A stretch of 63,394 bases of DNA, counting the filler, from Chrysochromulina tobinii (lineage: Eukaryota): assembly GCA_001275005.1 (NCBI GenBank). It is 9 parts of 9 records of this genome, joined end to end, with 100 filler letters (N's around TTAATTAATTAA, not from the genome) between each part and the next. Parts side by side here need not be neighbours in the genome. Positions count along the whole stretch, not along the records: positions 18,849 to 30,548 come from JWZX01000497.1; positions 30,649 to 33,862 come from JWZX01000498.1; 7 more parts are not named here. The stretch is one strand, 5' to 3'. The notes under the pieces were generated by a model that saw only the letters and a list, made by a program, of their open reading frames with translations, searched no databases and had not been told where the DNA came from. The position numbers were made by a program, and so were the translations under genes. This document shows positions 21,986-32,919 of the stretch, piece by piece; within the stretch, counting starts at the first letter, position 1, and every line of letters starts with the position of its first letter.

Positions 21986-22375
21986 ATGGCAGCGCAACCC
22001 GGCGAGACTCCTGACGTGGAGGGTGAGCCGTGGGTGCTGCGGCTCGGAAATTTTCTAACCAAGAAAAAGGACACGCCAAAAGATGAGACGCCGTGGGCTG
22101 TGAAGCTCGGCACATACCTGGAGGAGCGCAGGCCAGCGCCGTGGACGATTATTGCCAACGAGAAGCCGAAAGACCCTCTTGCTCTGCGGCTCGGCACGTT
22201 CCTCAACGAGCTCGGCGGTACCCGCGATGGTGAGAGCTCGGAACCGTCGGAGCCGATCGTGCTGCGGGTGGGGAACTACCTCAATGGCGCAACCCGTAAG
22301 GGAGCTGATGGCGAGGACTCCCCGCTGATGGGCGGGCAATCGCCAACCGCGGCTGCGCCCCCTCAGGCCGTGTAA
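21986..22375 (+). CDS. Small protein with four PxxLRLGxxL repeats
   Basis: PWVLRLGNFL, PWAVKLGTYL, PLALRLGTFL and PIVLRVGNYL are conserved as protein while the codons differ. Confidence 0.65.
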   Translation: MAAQPGETPDVEGEPWVLRLGNFLTKKKDTPKDETPWAVKLGTYLEERRPAPWTIIANEKPKDPLALRLGTFLNELGGTRDGESSEPSEPIVLRVGNYLNGATRKGADGEDSPLMGGQSPTAAAPPQAV

Positions 22376-22721
22376 GCGGGCCGAGCTTACTAGCCCAATA
22401 CCGCCGGTGCAGACGCTCCAGGAGCGATAGCGATGCACCAGATGCACCAGATGCCACAAGGAAGCGACTCGCCGCATGCCGAGCCAAGGCAAGGCCGGCT
22501 GACCGATGGCGTCTGAGCAATAACAATCTGACGGGGAGACAGACAGACAGACAGACAGATAGACAGATGTAAGAGCCTGAGAAGCCCCCTGGTACTTTGC
22601 ACATAATTTGTAGTCTGAAGAGCTCTGAACTTTCCCACACGTCACCCCCCCCGGCCGTGGCGTGGGTGCCGGCGGGGGCATGTTCACGTGACTGTGCATT
22701 CCGTGAATATTCATTCCCTTT

Positions 22722-23558
22722 TCAGGCACGGGCCTCAAGCTGCACGATGCGACGGATCACCTCGGCGACGGCCGCGGCGAGCTGACGGTGGTCCTTCTCG
22801 TCGTCGCGTGCGTACGGCAGGTGCACAAAGTAGCTCGCGCCCAAAACGGTGCCATGAGACGAGGGCGAGAGCGAGGTCGCCTCCACCTCGGCCCACTCCC
22901 GTGCCTTGAGAGCTCTCCAATGTGTCTCGTTGCAAATGTACGAGTTGGAGACGCGGGCGGGCGCGAGCGAGAGCACAAAGCCACCCGGCAAGGCGGCCGA
23001 CGCGTTCGCGGCGAGCGCCGCGTAACGCCCCTGCATGGCAGAGCCCTGCACGAGCACTTGCGGCGCGCCCATGTCGATCGTGTGCCCTGGCGGGCTGTGC
23101 GCCAGCGCGTCCTGCCCCTGGCGCAAGTTGTACGCATCGTTCTCGACGAGGATGGTGTCGTGCCGATCGTAGACGCCGAGCCCCATGTGAATGACCAAGT
23201 CATACGAGAGCAAGTCAAGGCCGGCCGAGGCGCCCCACAGCACCGGCAGGGTCACGAACGTGAAATCAGCGTCGACAGTCGCACGCAGTGCCTGAGGCAG
23301 CGGGCCGTTGCGCGAAATCGGGGGCGATGCGCAGCACTCGCCGAGGATGAGTCTGCAGCTCGGGTTGTCTCGGCACCTCCAGATATTGCCGTCAAGCTCT
23401 CGCCAGTCGTGGAAGCCTGTGATAAGCACCCGCGGACGACGGGTCGCTGCCGACTCGCTTTCGGCTGCAGCACCTTTGTTGCAGCTAATAGCGGCCGCCA
23501 CCCCGCCGGCCACGGCGGCCACTAGAGGGCCACTCTGGCGGATGAGGAGGCGATGCAT
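22722..23558 (-). CDS. Pyroglutamyl-peptidase I-like (peptidase C15)
   Basis: VLITGF...NPS, TLPVLW, VIHMGL, VENDAYN (Glu), SYICNE (Cys), FVHLP (His). Confidence 0.8.
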   Translation of the reverse strand: MHRLLIRQSGPLVAAVAGGVAAAISCNKGAAAESESAATRRPRVLITGFHDWRELDGNIWRCRDNPSCRLILGECCASPPISRNGPLPQALRATVDADFTFVTLPVLWGASAGLDLLSYDLVIHMGLGVYDRHDTILVENDAYNLRQGQDALAHSPPGHTIDMGAPQVLVQGSAMQGRYAALAANASAALPGGFVLSLAPARVSNSYICNETHWRALKAREWAEVEATSLSPSSHGTVLGASYFVHLPYARDDEKDHRQLAAAVAEVIRRIVQLEARA

Positions 23559-24178
23559 GTCTTTCGTTGGGCTTTCTTGTTTTAACAGTGAAACCTAAAT
23601 CACGTTCTCGTTCACGTTCACGTTAATTTGCCATCTCGGCAAGACGCACAGCCACAGGTCCCGTGGAGACACAACGTGGGAGGCGCAGAGTGCGGCGCGC
23701 ACACACACAGAAACACAACGCCGCAGACAAGCACAAACACCGGATCGATCGATCAGAAGGGGGCGGGAGTGTCAAGGTGGTGAAAGAGGCCGCCCGGAGG
23801 GGGCGAAACTCACGTTCACGGACCTTGCCCGCGCGAATGTATAGACGTTGGGCCGCTGCGCTTGCGCCCGGGACCCTCACCATAATTTTGTCGCAGAGGC
23901 TCCCCTGGGTGGGGGCCAGTTGCGTCCTGTTCCCTTGGCCGCTTGTCGCCCCGACCACACGCCCTCCCTTGGGCATCCTGCGGCGCATCGTCCCCTGAAG
24001 TCGACCCGTCGTCCGATGCGTCAACAAATAGGTTGCGGCGTTGTCCGCCGGAGCGGGCGCGTCGCGGGGCCTCTTCCCCCCGTGCGGTCGGCCGAGCGTC
24101 GCGTGCCGCTTGTTCCCGGGCGTCCTTAAGCGCTTGTTTGCGGCGTTCAATCGTGGGGTCAAATCCCGCGTTGCGTAG

Positions 24179-25387
24179 CTAGACAAGTTTCCGTCGGTGC
24201 TTGCCCGCAATAGCGAGAAGTTTGTCCGCGATAGTGTGGAGCTTCTCCGCGAGGGCCGTGGTAAGGTGGATGAAGTCTGACCACTGGTCATACGCGAGGC
24301 ATCCCGCCTCATGTCCCCCCTGCCTGTCAGGTTCCGCAGCCGGCACTCCACGTGGGCGCGGCATCTTGTCGAGCACCTCGGGGCCTGCCATGATTGTCCA
24401 CAGCCGGAGAGCACGGAAGGCCCGCCGGACCAAGCATGCCCCACTCCACACCTCGCGCAGCCCCCGAGACGTAGTCCACACCGATCGGGGGGCAGGTCGA
24501 TCGAGGACTACGATGCGATCGCGGTAGCTGATGACCGTTGTGTGAACCGCGTTGGGTTTAACCCTTGGCCCTGATCGAGCCACGCAGGCGGCTTTGCGCC
24601 CTTCATTGAGTATGCCCACGATCCACTTGAGGAATCCTCGCCCGTAGGCGAGCGCGAGTGTCCTTGCTGCCTCTTTGGACTCAACGACAATTTGCGCCCT
24701 AGGAGAGTCAGGAAGCCCGAGCATGAATCGTAGTGCCGCGTGGCGCTCAAGCGGCCCGAGCTGCGCCGCGTTGCCTGATAGGGCTGCGAGAGCATATTGT
24801 GCTTGTCTCGTACCAAAGTCACTCAGACGTTGACTGAGCCATCCTGCAGCACGCGCTCGGTAATCAGCGGCCTCGCCGACGCAGCAAGTAGTTAATGCGT
24901 GCCATCGGGATTGAGGCGCTCGTGCCGGCAGCGGACGCCATATGCCCGCCACAATCACATCACGCGCGAGGAAGCATCCCGTGCACGGACACGGCGCATG
25001 CGTCTGACACCACCATTCCCAGCTGCCTTTCTGAGCGTGATAAGCGCGCTCGCGCTCGCGCTGCGGGGGACCAATCAGAACGCGTTCGCGTACGTCGTCC
25101 CCGAGCCTGTCAGCGAGTAGTCCACAGCGATCTGCTCGGGCATCCAGTATACAGTCGCGCGTAGCTTCGGTGAGGAGTCTCGCCCGCACTGGTGATCGAC
25201 AGAACATTGGCCACGTCTCCGCGGTCTCGAGAAGGGTGAAAGAGGATGCGCCCGCAAGCTTACGAGCCATGATCGCCGCACACAGATCGAAGACAGCCCT
25301 TCCAACCCCCCGTTTGACCCCCGCTATGCGGCAGAGTGCGTGTAAGGAGGGCATGAGGTCGATTGGTCGGATAGATGCACTAAGCAT
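24179..25387 (-). pseudogene. C-terminal retroelement segment with CPCxxC...H...C motif
   Basis: Follows RNase H after a frameshift near 25385; HAPCPCTGC...RWHALTTC. Confidence 0.55.
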
Positions 25388-26291
25388 GGATTGAGCCGTC
25401 GGCCGCCTCGTTGGGGGTGATGCCGTCGTGGCTGTGGACGTGGACGTAGAGCACGGCGCGGTGACGTTGCTCGAGGCGGGATATGTTGCCCAGCTCGTTG
25501 TCTCGGTAGCGTGCCGTTTTGGACGACACCGTGCGCCCGGGGAACGCGTGGCCTGCTTGCATTCCGCTAAGGCAGTCGGTCACAAAAACAGTGACCGTAC
25601 CGACGGTGGTGGCAAGTTGGTCGTGAAAGGCGGCAAGTTCGGCCTCGTACGAGTGGCGCTCAAAGGTGTCGGCGAAGACGTCGAGCTGCCCTCCCACGAC
25701 AGTACGCCCTAGGACCTCGGCAGCTACTGAGACGCAAGCCCGACTAACCACTTTGTTGCCCGAGTCAGGGTCGACTGCTTTGGACCCGTCCGTCGGGACA
25801 AAGTGGGTGACTGGGTACTCGGATTCGAGAACCAGAAGCTTGTCAAAGACGAATCGGCACTCCTTGGCCTTGAGCTCCTTGTGGGCGCGTGCGCAAATCT
25901 CGTGACATTCCCACCAGAAGCGCGCGGCTAAGGGGCAATCAGGGTGAAACGGGTTACCGCGAAGCCGGCCGGAGTCGTCGAAAGTGTAAGCAAGGCGGAC
26001 CCGACATAGCCACGCCTCCCCCCTTCCGATCCACACTTGATGGTAGCCCCCTTGGGTCCGTTGCCTCCACTCCCGTTCGTCCGGCTTCAGCTTGGAGTCG
26101 TACGAGAAAATGACTCGGCGCGTAGACCCGTCGAGGTCGAGTTGAGTTGGTCCCGCAGTGCCGTGAGGAAGGGGAGCAGGTGGTGCTGAGGTGCCGAGAA
26201 GGGCGGAGAAGGCCTCCTGCAGCTCTCCGGCGCGCGCTCCGTCGAGTTCCCGTCCCGACTTCTCTATCGCGGTGTGCCCATCTCTATGACT
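25380..26291 (-). pseudogene. RNase H domain of the retroelement
   Basis: D-E-D-D catalytic set: TDGS (25782-25793), YEAELAA, VTDCLS, NEAAD. Confidence 0.8.
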
Positions 26292-26964
26292 CAGAGCGCA
26301 ATCCTCATTGCTTACCCCAAAGAGGTTCGGTCTGCGGTCGGAAACCATCTCTTCAGGGCGGACGCTCTCAGTCATGATGACATCTACGCTCGAGCCAAGG
26401 TGCTCCTAAGTGCGATTGAGAATGGCGCGTCGTGTGAGTCTTGGCTTCGACAGCAGCCCCCAGGTCAGGTGCGCAACTCATCCTTACTCACGAACATCTG
26501 GATCTCGCCTTCTACTACCTTCAATTTGGCGGCGTTTGCGCGCGAGCAAGTGGCTCGAGCGAGGTGGCTCGCTGGCGCTCAGCCCCACCTCATCTCCTTC
26601 GTCGAGACCTTAAACGGCCTCATGCAGGAAGGGGATCGCGACGCCGAACTCACGGCCAAGTCGTACGTACTGCAAGACTACGAAGGTGCTTCGAGGCGGG
26701 CCAAGGTGGAATGGGCTCGACGCACGCAGGCGCAAGTCATCAACTTGCAGCACGACGGCGTGCGCATGCGCTTCCCCTTCGACTTGCACCTTGAGACGGC
26801 ACTTCTACGGATTTCGGACGCGTGCTCGGCTGCTCTTGGGTACAAGCAGGTAGTCTGCGTTAAACAATCACCTAAGGGCAACTCGCTGCTCGATCGCCTT
26901 CAACCTTCAATCCTACCTCCCGCCACCCCTCAGCGCCCCCCTACAGTGTTCACCCCTTCTGTGA
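26286..26964 (+). pseudogene. Inverted segment encoding the C-terminal half of a family-A/TV-Pol-like polymerase domain
   Basis: RAKVLLSAIENG (motif B-like), SYVLQDYE, INLQHDG (26745-26759, motif C-like). Confidence 0.65.
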
Positions 26965-27340
26965 CTCTTGACTGCCTGCTGAGCTGTCGGAAAACTGATG
27001 GCGTCATCCAAGTCGTGACTGACCTCCTGGAGAGCAGCGTCACGTACTAGGCGAGAACAAGTGAAAGGGTCGGGGCCGAGGGCGTACTCACGGCTGTATC
27101 GAACGAATCCGGCGGCGACGAGCCTCGCGCCGCGCTCAGAATGCACGTAGGATATGGGTAGACTGCGAAGGTGCGAGCTCGACGGGTGTTCCTTGCTAGC
27201 CGCGAGAAGCCCTCGCACTTCGGAAGCTACAGTGGTGCCGGGGTGACGGCCAGGCACTCCGGCATTTGGGGATAGTAGGAGAGCGCGGAGGGCGGTGGCG
27301 TGAATGACGCATTCGATGGTGGTGGTGACGGGCCCACGGC
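26962..27340 (-). pseudogene. N-terminal half of the family-A/TV-Pol-like domain
   Basis: SREY...SRLVRDAAL...HDLDDAISFPT (27003-27014, motif A-like); frameshifted from the RT ORF at about 27260-27360. Confidence 0.6.
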
Positions 27341-29503
27341 GGCGTTCAAGCCACGCGGACCAATCGTGAAGGCGGTTCTGGCGGTCGCGTAAATGGATCC
27401 ACGCTCCATTGCAGCGGACGGGGTGTCTGAGCTATCGCCGACGAGGATGGCTGTAATCGCTTTGGCGTAGAGGCAAGCGGACCAGAAGTTGTCGACCGCC
27501 GTGCAGGTTGATCCGCTGGGAAGGTTCTTGAGCACTGCAGGCGCAAGCTCCCCGTACTTTCGAAGGTGGTACTTCAACAGAGCCCGGTCTATCATCCTGT
27601 GAAAGGAAAGACCATGCTGGTCGTCCGTAAAGTTGATAAAGGCGCTATCGGGCAATAGCTGGATGGCTGCCCGCAGGGTATTGACGTCGACGGTCACCCG
27701 GAGGAGCGCTGCAAGCTTATGACCGCCGTCTCCACTACGCTTTCGCTGGGCAAGATCGGCGAGTGGCAATTGTCGGACGAGCCCATACTCTGCAGGGGCG
27801 TAAGGAGGGATGATCCCATCGGCAGCATCCGCCATTGCCCACCCCCGTCGCCCTGGCACAGGCGCTACATGGCACGCAATGATAGCCCCAAGGAGGACTG
27901 CGAGTTCACGCCGAGCCTCACTCGCCCCGAGCTCGACTGCCCGTGGGTGCGCTGAAAGGATGTCATCGACGCCTAAGAAATCCCCATGAGTCTCGTCGCA
28001 CAGGTTAGCGAGTTCAGCTATGCCGCCAGCGGCGAGTATGGGGCAGAAAGTGACGCCCTTGGCGCGTAGCCGCGAGTAGAGGGGCCCGTGCCAAAGTCCG
28101 ACCCAGTCCTCAGGGTATCCCGGCCAGCGCTCTGCGCGGAGGGGGGACCATTCCGCGAAGTGACAATCAACCAGCGGGAGATAACCAGCACCAAGCTGAC
28201 AAAGGATCCACATAGGGCGCTCGATGACGTTGTCCAGACGGAGGAATTCAGAGACGGGGCCAAGGAGGATGCCTTGAGGCCCGAAGGTAAGCTGGCGAAG
28301 GCCGTAGGTCCACAGAACTCGAGCGACGGCATGGTGGGCACGATCGGCGGCTGGTGTATGGACGGGCGATGCCAGTGCGTTGACAAGAGTCATGGCCGCT
28401 GCCGCCATCAAGGCCGGCCATACGTGGGCAGTGCCGTAGCCGGAGACGAAGGCAGCGGGGCCTGCGACGTTGACAAAGAAATGCGCCAGGTCGTCGTTGG
28501 CCGGCGCAGTAATCCCTCCCGGTTGGGCGTGGAGTTGGATGCGTGGCGATGAGTACGAGCGCCGCGGGCCCTTGACTCCCGCGCCTTGAAAACATTTTCG
28601 GCTCGCAGGTCCCAACCTTCCCTCGATATCTTCAAAAGATCCCCCGAAGCAGGTGCCGTAGAAGAAAGCATTCCCGTACACGCCCAGACCAGCACACCCG
28701 GTGGCTATTCTCCTGCTCGTGTGAGAAGTCGTAGCTTGAGCTCCACATGCCGAGATCTTTGTTTTGAGGGTGGCGAGGCCAATATTGTTGTGGTTTCCAT
28801 CCATGCGCGTCGCCATACCGCAGTACAGATAGTGTTCGCTGATGAGAAGGTTGGGGATGAGGCGAGGGGGGTCATTCGGCCGAAGCCCCGCAATGAAGAA
28901 GTCCTTTTGCGTTTCAGTGGGGACAAGGGTTCCGTTGCGTGCTCGCTTGTACTCGAGCGCCTGCACCACCGTCTTGTCCTTGCCCTTGATGTTGAGCTGA
29001 CAGTCAGTTATGCGGCTCCAGATGGACCAGAAAACCGTAACTCTCTGAAGGAAGTCAGCGTCCCCCGTAGCGTTTGCCGCGTCGTCCACGAAAACCAACA
29101 TGCCTAATTCTAGTCCAGCTCCGTCCGGTGCGAAGGCCGAGTAGCCGGAGACCTTAAGCTCAAGTGCCTGAGCGATAGTGTCCATCATGATTTTACACGC
29201 TTCGGGCGACCCTTGCGCACCCTGGAGGAAGCCGCGCAAGATTGGGAATGGGTCGGTCGCACCAAACGCCGTCTCATACCGCCCTTGCGCCACGCCGTGC
29301 TTCCAGTTATCCACGAGCCCTCGAAGAGCCCGTAGCGCAGCCTCAGGAACACCAATGTGACGCATTGCCATAGCGGCGGCCGTGCGGGAGAATGACATGA
29401 AGCACTTCGTGAGGTCGACATAAAGGACATAAAGAGGTTTGCGCCGTGCGAGGGCGTCGTCGATGCACAGATGTAGGGCGAATGCTTGCTCAGTGCATCC
29501 TCG
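27227..29503 (-). pseudogene. Reverse transcriptase (LINE-type) region
   Basis: Frame open from a stop at 29504-29506 through LYVDLTKCFMS, QGAQGSP, FVDD, LNIKGKDK and YLYCG. Confidence 0.85.
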
Positions 29504-29535
29504 TTAAGGCGTGGATCCGGCTGGCTCCAGCGCCA

Positions 29536-30548
29536 TCCGGGTTAACCGGATAGTGGCTATTTTGCCATCTGGTAGATACAGATAGCTGGTGTGGGTGGTC
29601 CAGGTAGATCCAGATACCGTAAAAAAGTCTTCGGATATTTCGGATAGTCAGATATCCGGATACCGGTACAGTACTGTACCGGTACACGTGCGCACCGCTT
29701 CACCGCGCGATGCTGGCAGGCTTTCGCGCTTCGCTGCCGTCGGCTGTGCTCGCCGCCACGCTTCTTCGCGACGCGGGCGCTGCCAGTGCTCGCCCGCAAC
29801 CAGCTTCCAGCATTGAGCGTCGCGTCTCCACTGGTGGTCAGCACTACTAATCGGGAGCCAGCCAACTATGTGTTGCGCTTGCTCGCTGCTGGCTCGCTGC
29901 TTGCTGCACTTGTCCAGCCGGAGGCGGCGGAGTGTGGGGGCACAAAGCGCAAAAAGGGCACTGTGGTGGAGGAGTTTTACGAAGTCGATTGCATTAAGGC
30001 GCGCCGCATTGTCAAAGGAGGTCGAGCGCATCGACCGCTTCAAGGAGCTCCTCGCCAAGCGCGCCAAGGAGACCCCCGAGGACTCAGAGGCTTTCTGACT
30101 ACACCCGTACAAGGACCAGCTGCTCGAAAGCGCCAGGGCACTAGCGCGCGAGCAAATCCTCGACTGGCAGCTCCACGGGCCGGACGAGCACCTGGAAGTC
30201 TGAGGTCATTTTGGAGCCCAGTGAGATCCTGGATGCCAGAAGTGGACCGATGGAAGTAGCCGACGATGCCCTTGCAGCGCGAGAAGGTGTCCACGATGAC
30301 GGCCGCGCCAGTGTAGTTCTTGACAGAGAGCTCAATTGTGTGGTCGGCGCAGAATCCGCCATCGAAGCCCACCCAGCCCGGTTAGCGCCCGGCCTCGTCG
30401 CTGCGGGCGTTGAGCGTATGTTCTCGAAGGCGGGCAAGCTCCATGGCGCAGACAAGGCTCCCCAAGAGGATGGGACCCTCGAGCACTGCCTCTTTGCCTC
30501 CGCCAACACCGAGTAGGGATGAGAGAGCACGCACGAGCGGAGCAAGAG
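29536..30548 (+). mobile_element. Degenerate hAT-like DNA transposon remnant
   Basis: AGVERMFSKAG...LEHCLF resembles the hAT dimerisation motif; fragmented frames; repetitive CGGATA/TATCCG subterminal region abutting the truncated RT. Confidence 0.55.
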
Positions 30549-30648
30549 NNNNNNNNNNNNNNNNNNNNNNNNNNNNNNNNNNNNNNNNNNNNTTAATTAA
30601 TTAANNNNNNNNNNNNNNNNNNNNNNNNNNNNNNNNNNNNNNNNNNNN

Positions 30649-32380
30649 CGACGTGGGTCTTAGCGTACTCGGGGTACTTGCGCACCAAGCGCGTGTACGC
30701 GGCCACGAGCAGCGCGAAGAGCAGCACGACGCCCGCAACGGCGCCGGCGAGGCCGAAGATCTCGAGCGACGTCGGGCAGCGCACGCATCCGAGGCCGTTG
30801 AGCTCCACCTCGTAGCGCTGGCCCTGGCGGTTGAAGGCGCTGCAGCCAATCGGCGGGATGCCCGAGCACTGCTCCGCGCCGAGTGTCGAGCAGCGCGGCC
30901 AGAGCCGGTTGATCGCGACGGCGGAGTCGGCGGCCGTCGGATCGTGAAAGGCGTTGTTGGCCAGCCGCAGCGGCGCCAGAAAGTCGAGGCGGTCGAGGAG
31001 CCACTCAGGCACGGGGCCGGAGACGCCGCCCTCGTCATCCCACGTGCGCGTCTGCGTCAGGTCGAGGTAGGCGAGGCGCGGCAAGCAGTCGGCGGCGGAG
31101 GGGAGGCTGCCAGTGAGCGCGTTGCCCGAGAGGTCGAGGTGCTGCAGGAAGGGCAGCTCGCAGAGCGCGCCGTCGAGTGGGCCGATCAGGCTGTTGGACG
31201 GGAGCAGCACCTTGACGACGACGCAGGTGGCGAGGTCGAGCGCGGTGCCCGTTACGGAGCCCGAGTGGCAGGCGGCGCTGCCCTGCGTCATGAGCACGCC
31301 GGTGGCTCCGCCGCCATCGGCGGTGCACTCGTCGTCCCCGCGTAGGACAGGCAGCGCCTGGGGGCAGCAGTGCACGCCATACCAGCCGTCGACGCACGGC
31401 TCGCCGGACAGCCATTTGAGGTTGTTGCGCCACGCGTTGCCGCCCGTGGACTCGTAGAGGAGCGCGAGTGCGCGCACCATTTGCGTGGGCGGCATCGAGG
31501 GTGGCGGGGGCGAGGGCGGCGGGGGCGAGGGCGGATGCGAGGGCGGCGAGGGTGGCGAGGGTGGAGGCGGCGAGGGAGGCGGAGGCGAGGGCGGCGGCGG
31601 CGAGGGCGGCCGTGATGGCGGTAGAGACGGTGCATCGCCGGCTCCAAATTGGACCTCTCGAAGATAGCATTGGAACATCGCCTGAGAATCTGTGTTCGCG
31701 TAAGACGTGATGGCCACTTGCCAGCGAGATGCGGTCACTGGGCTGCCAAAGGTGCCATAAGCAAACTCCCCATCGGGGATGGTAGTGAAGTCGGTGTTCG
31801 AGCCAGGAACGGTAACAAATGTCCTTGAAGTGTCCGCATAATTGAGGTGCACCTGCCCGAAGCGATACCAGGTGTCGCCTGCAACCCGCCAATGTGAAAA
31901 CGTGTAGCGAGCGCCCATCTCAATAGTGTAGGTATATGGTAATGGTTGGTAGTTCGGCCCAGCAAAGTCGATGGAGTTTCCAAGTGGGTTTGAGGCCGTG
32001 CCATCAAAGGGAGCCGTGATCGTGCACAGGTTGTACTGGCAAGCATAGGACACCAGTGGCGAATACTGTGGTACGGTCCAGCTCGAGCCAGACCCTGAAT
32101 AGTATGTGATTCCGTTGACAGTGCTTACAGCAAGGAGGGGCGGCGGCGGCGACGATGACGGTGGCGGCGGCGATGGCGGCGGCAATGCCAAAGCATTGGA
32201 TGACGACCGAGAGCCGCAGTCCACGCAGTCGGTGCCGAGGCTGCAGGCAGTATACTCGGCTCCGGGTCCGCCGTCGTCGCAGTCACCGTCGGTGGCAGAG
32301 ACACACGTGTTTGAGCAGTTTTGTCCAACCGTGCCGCTCAGCTGGAGGAGGATCAGGAGAAGCCCTCGTCTGGCCAGCAT
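30649..32380 (-). CDS. Cell-surface protein: signal peptide, Cys-rich DGDCDDGG module, polyproline linkers, LRR, TM (3' truncated by gap)
   Basis: CSNTC...DGDCDDGGPG...GTDCVDCG; ALLYESTGGNAW...W...PCVDGWYGVHC LRR cap; LQHLDLSGNALTGSLP; hydrophobic helix. Confidence 0.8.
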
Positions 32381-32567
32381 AGAACAATCCCGCTAGCTTC
32401 ACGATAAATCGTTCCACTCCCCACAGAGAGGGGGCCGTGCGCCGAGGTTGGTCGAGGGCCGTCCGAGGCCTGCAGAGCGCTAAGCCGCTCCTCGAGGCTC
32501 GTGCGCGGTCCCCGCTCTCACTGCATGGCCTTCCGATACACCCTTCCGATGCACCCCTCTTTTCTCA

Positions 32568-32622
32568 ACTCAAGTCAAGTCAAGACAAGTCAAGTCAAGT
32601 CAAGTCACGTCAAGTCAAGTCA
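32568..32622. repeat. (CAAGT)n microsatellite
   Basis: Read directly from the sequence. Confidence 0.9.
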
Positions 32623-32919
32623 TTGTGAATGTGGGCTCCCACGCCGAGCGTGGCGCCGGGCCGACTTGCCTGTGGGGAAAAACGGGGAGGAGTGCAAGTT
32701 GAGAAGAGCGTGTTGAAGCCCGAGAGGAGTACGAGAGGAGGTAGTCCATAAACTCCACGTCAGTCCGCTTCACCTGGTTGTACATGACCTTCGTCGTGAA
32801 TGTGAGCTGTCGCTCCTCGCGTGGTGCAAATGGCATTCCTCCATAGTAGTTCTTGAGCCAGACCAAAGGCTTCGTTGCCTTATCCTTCTGTATCGCGCCT
32901 GCCTGCTCGTGTGGGGTGA

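Larger units (their letters stand above)
23600..29535 (-). mobile_element. Degenerate 5'-truncated non-LTR retroelement (RT + PolA-like + RNase H + Cys/His region)
   Basis: RT motifs GSTP*RGCTEQ, YVDLTKCF, GFLQGAQGSP, FVDD (29081-29092); RNase H motifs TDGS, AELAA, TDCLS, HVHSHDGITPNEAAD; frameshifts; (AACGTG)n 3' tail at ~23600-23624. Confidence 0.8.

Noticed and set aside
26274..27050. Independent antisense gene inside the retroelement
   Set aside because: Better explained as an inverted piece of the element polyprotein, because both junctions rejoin in frame.
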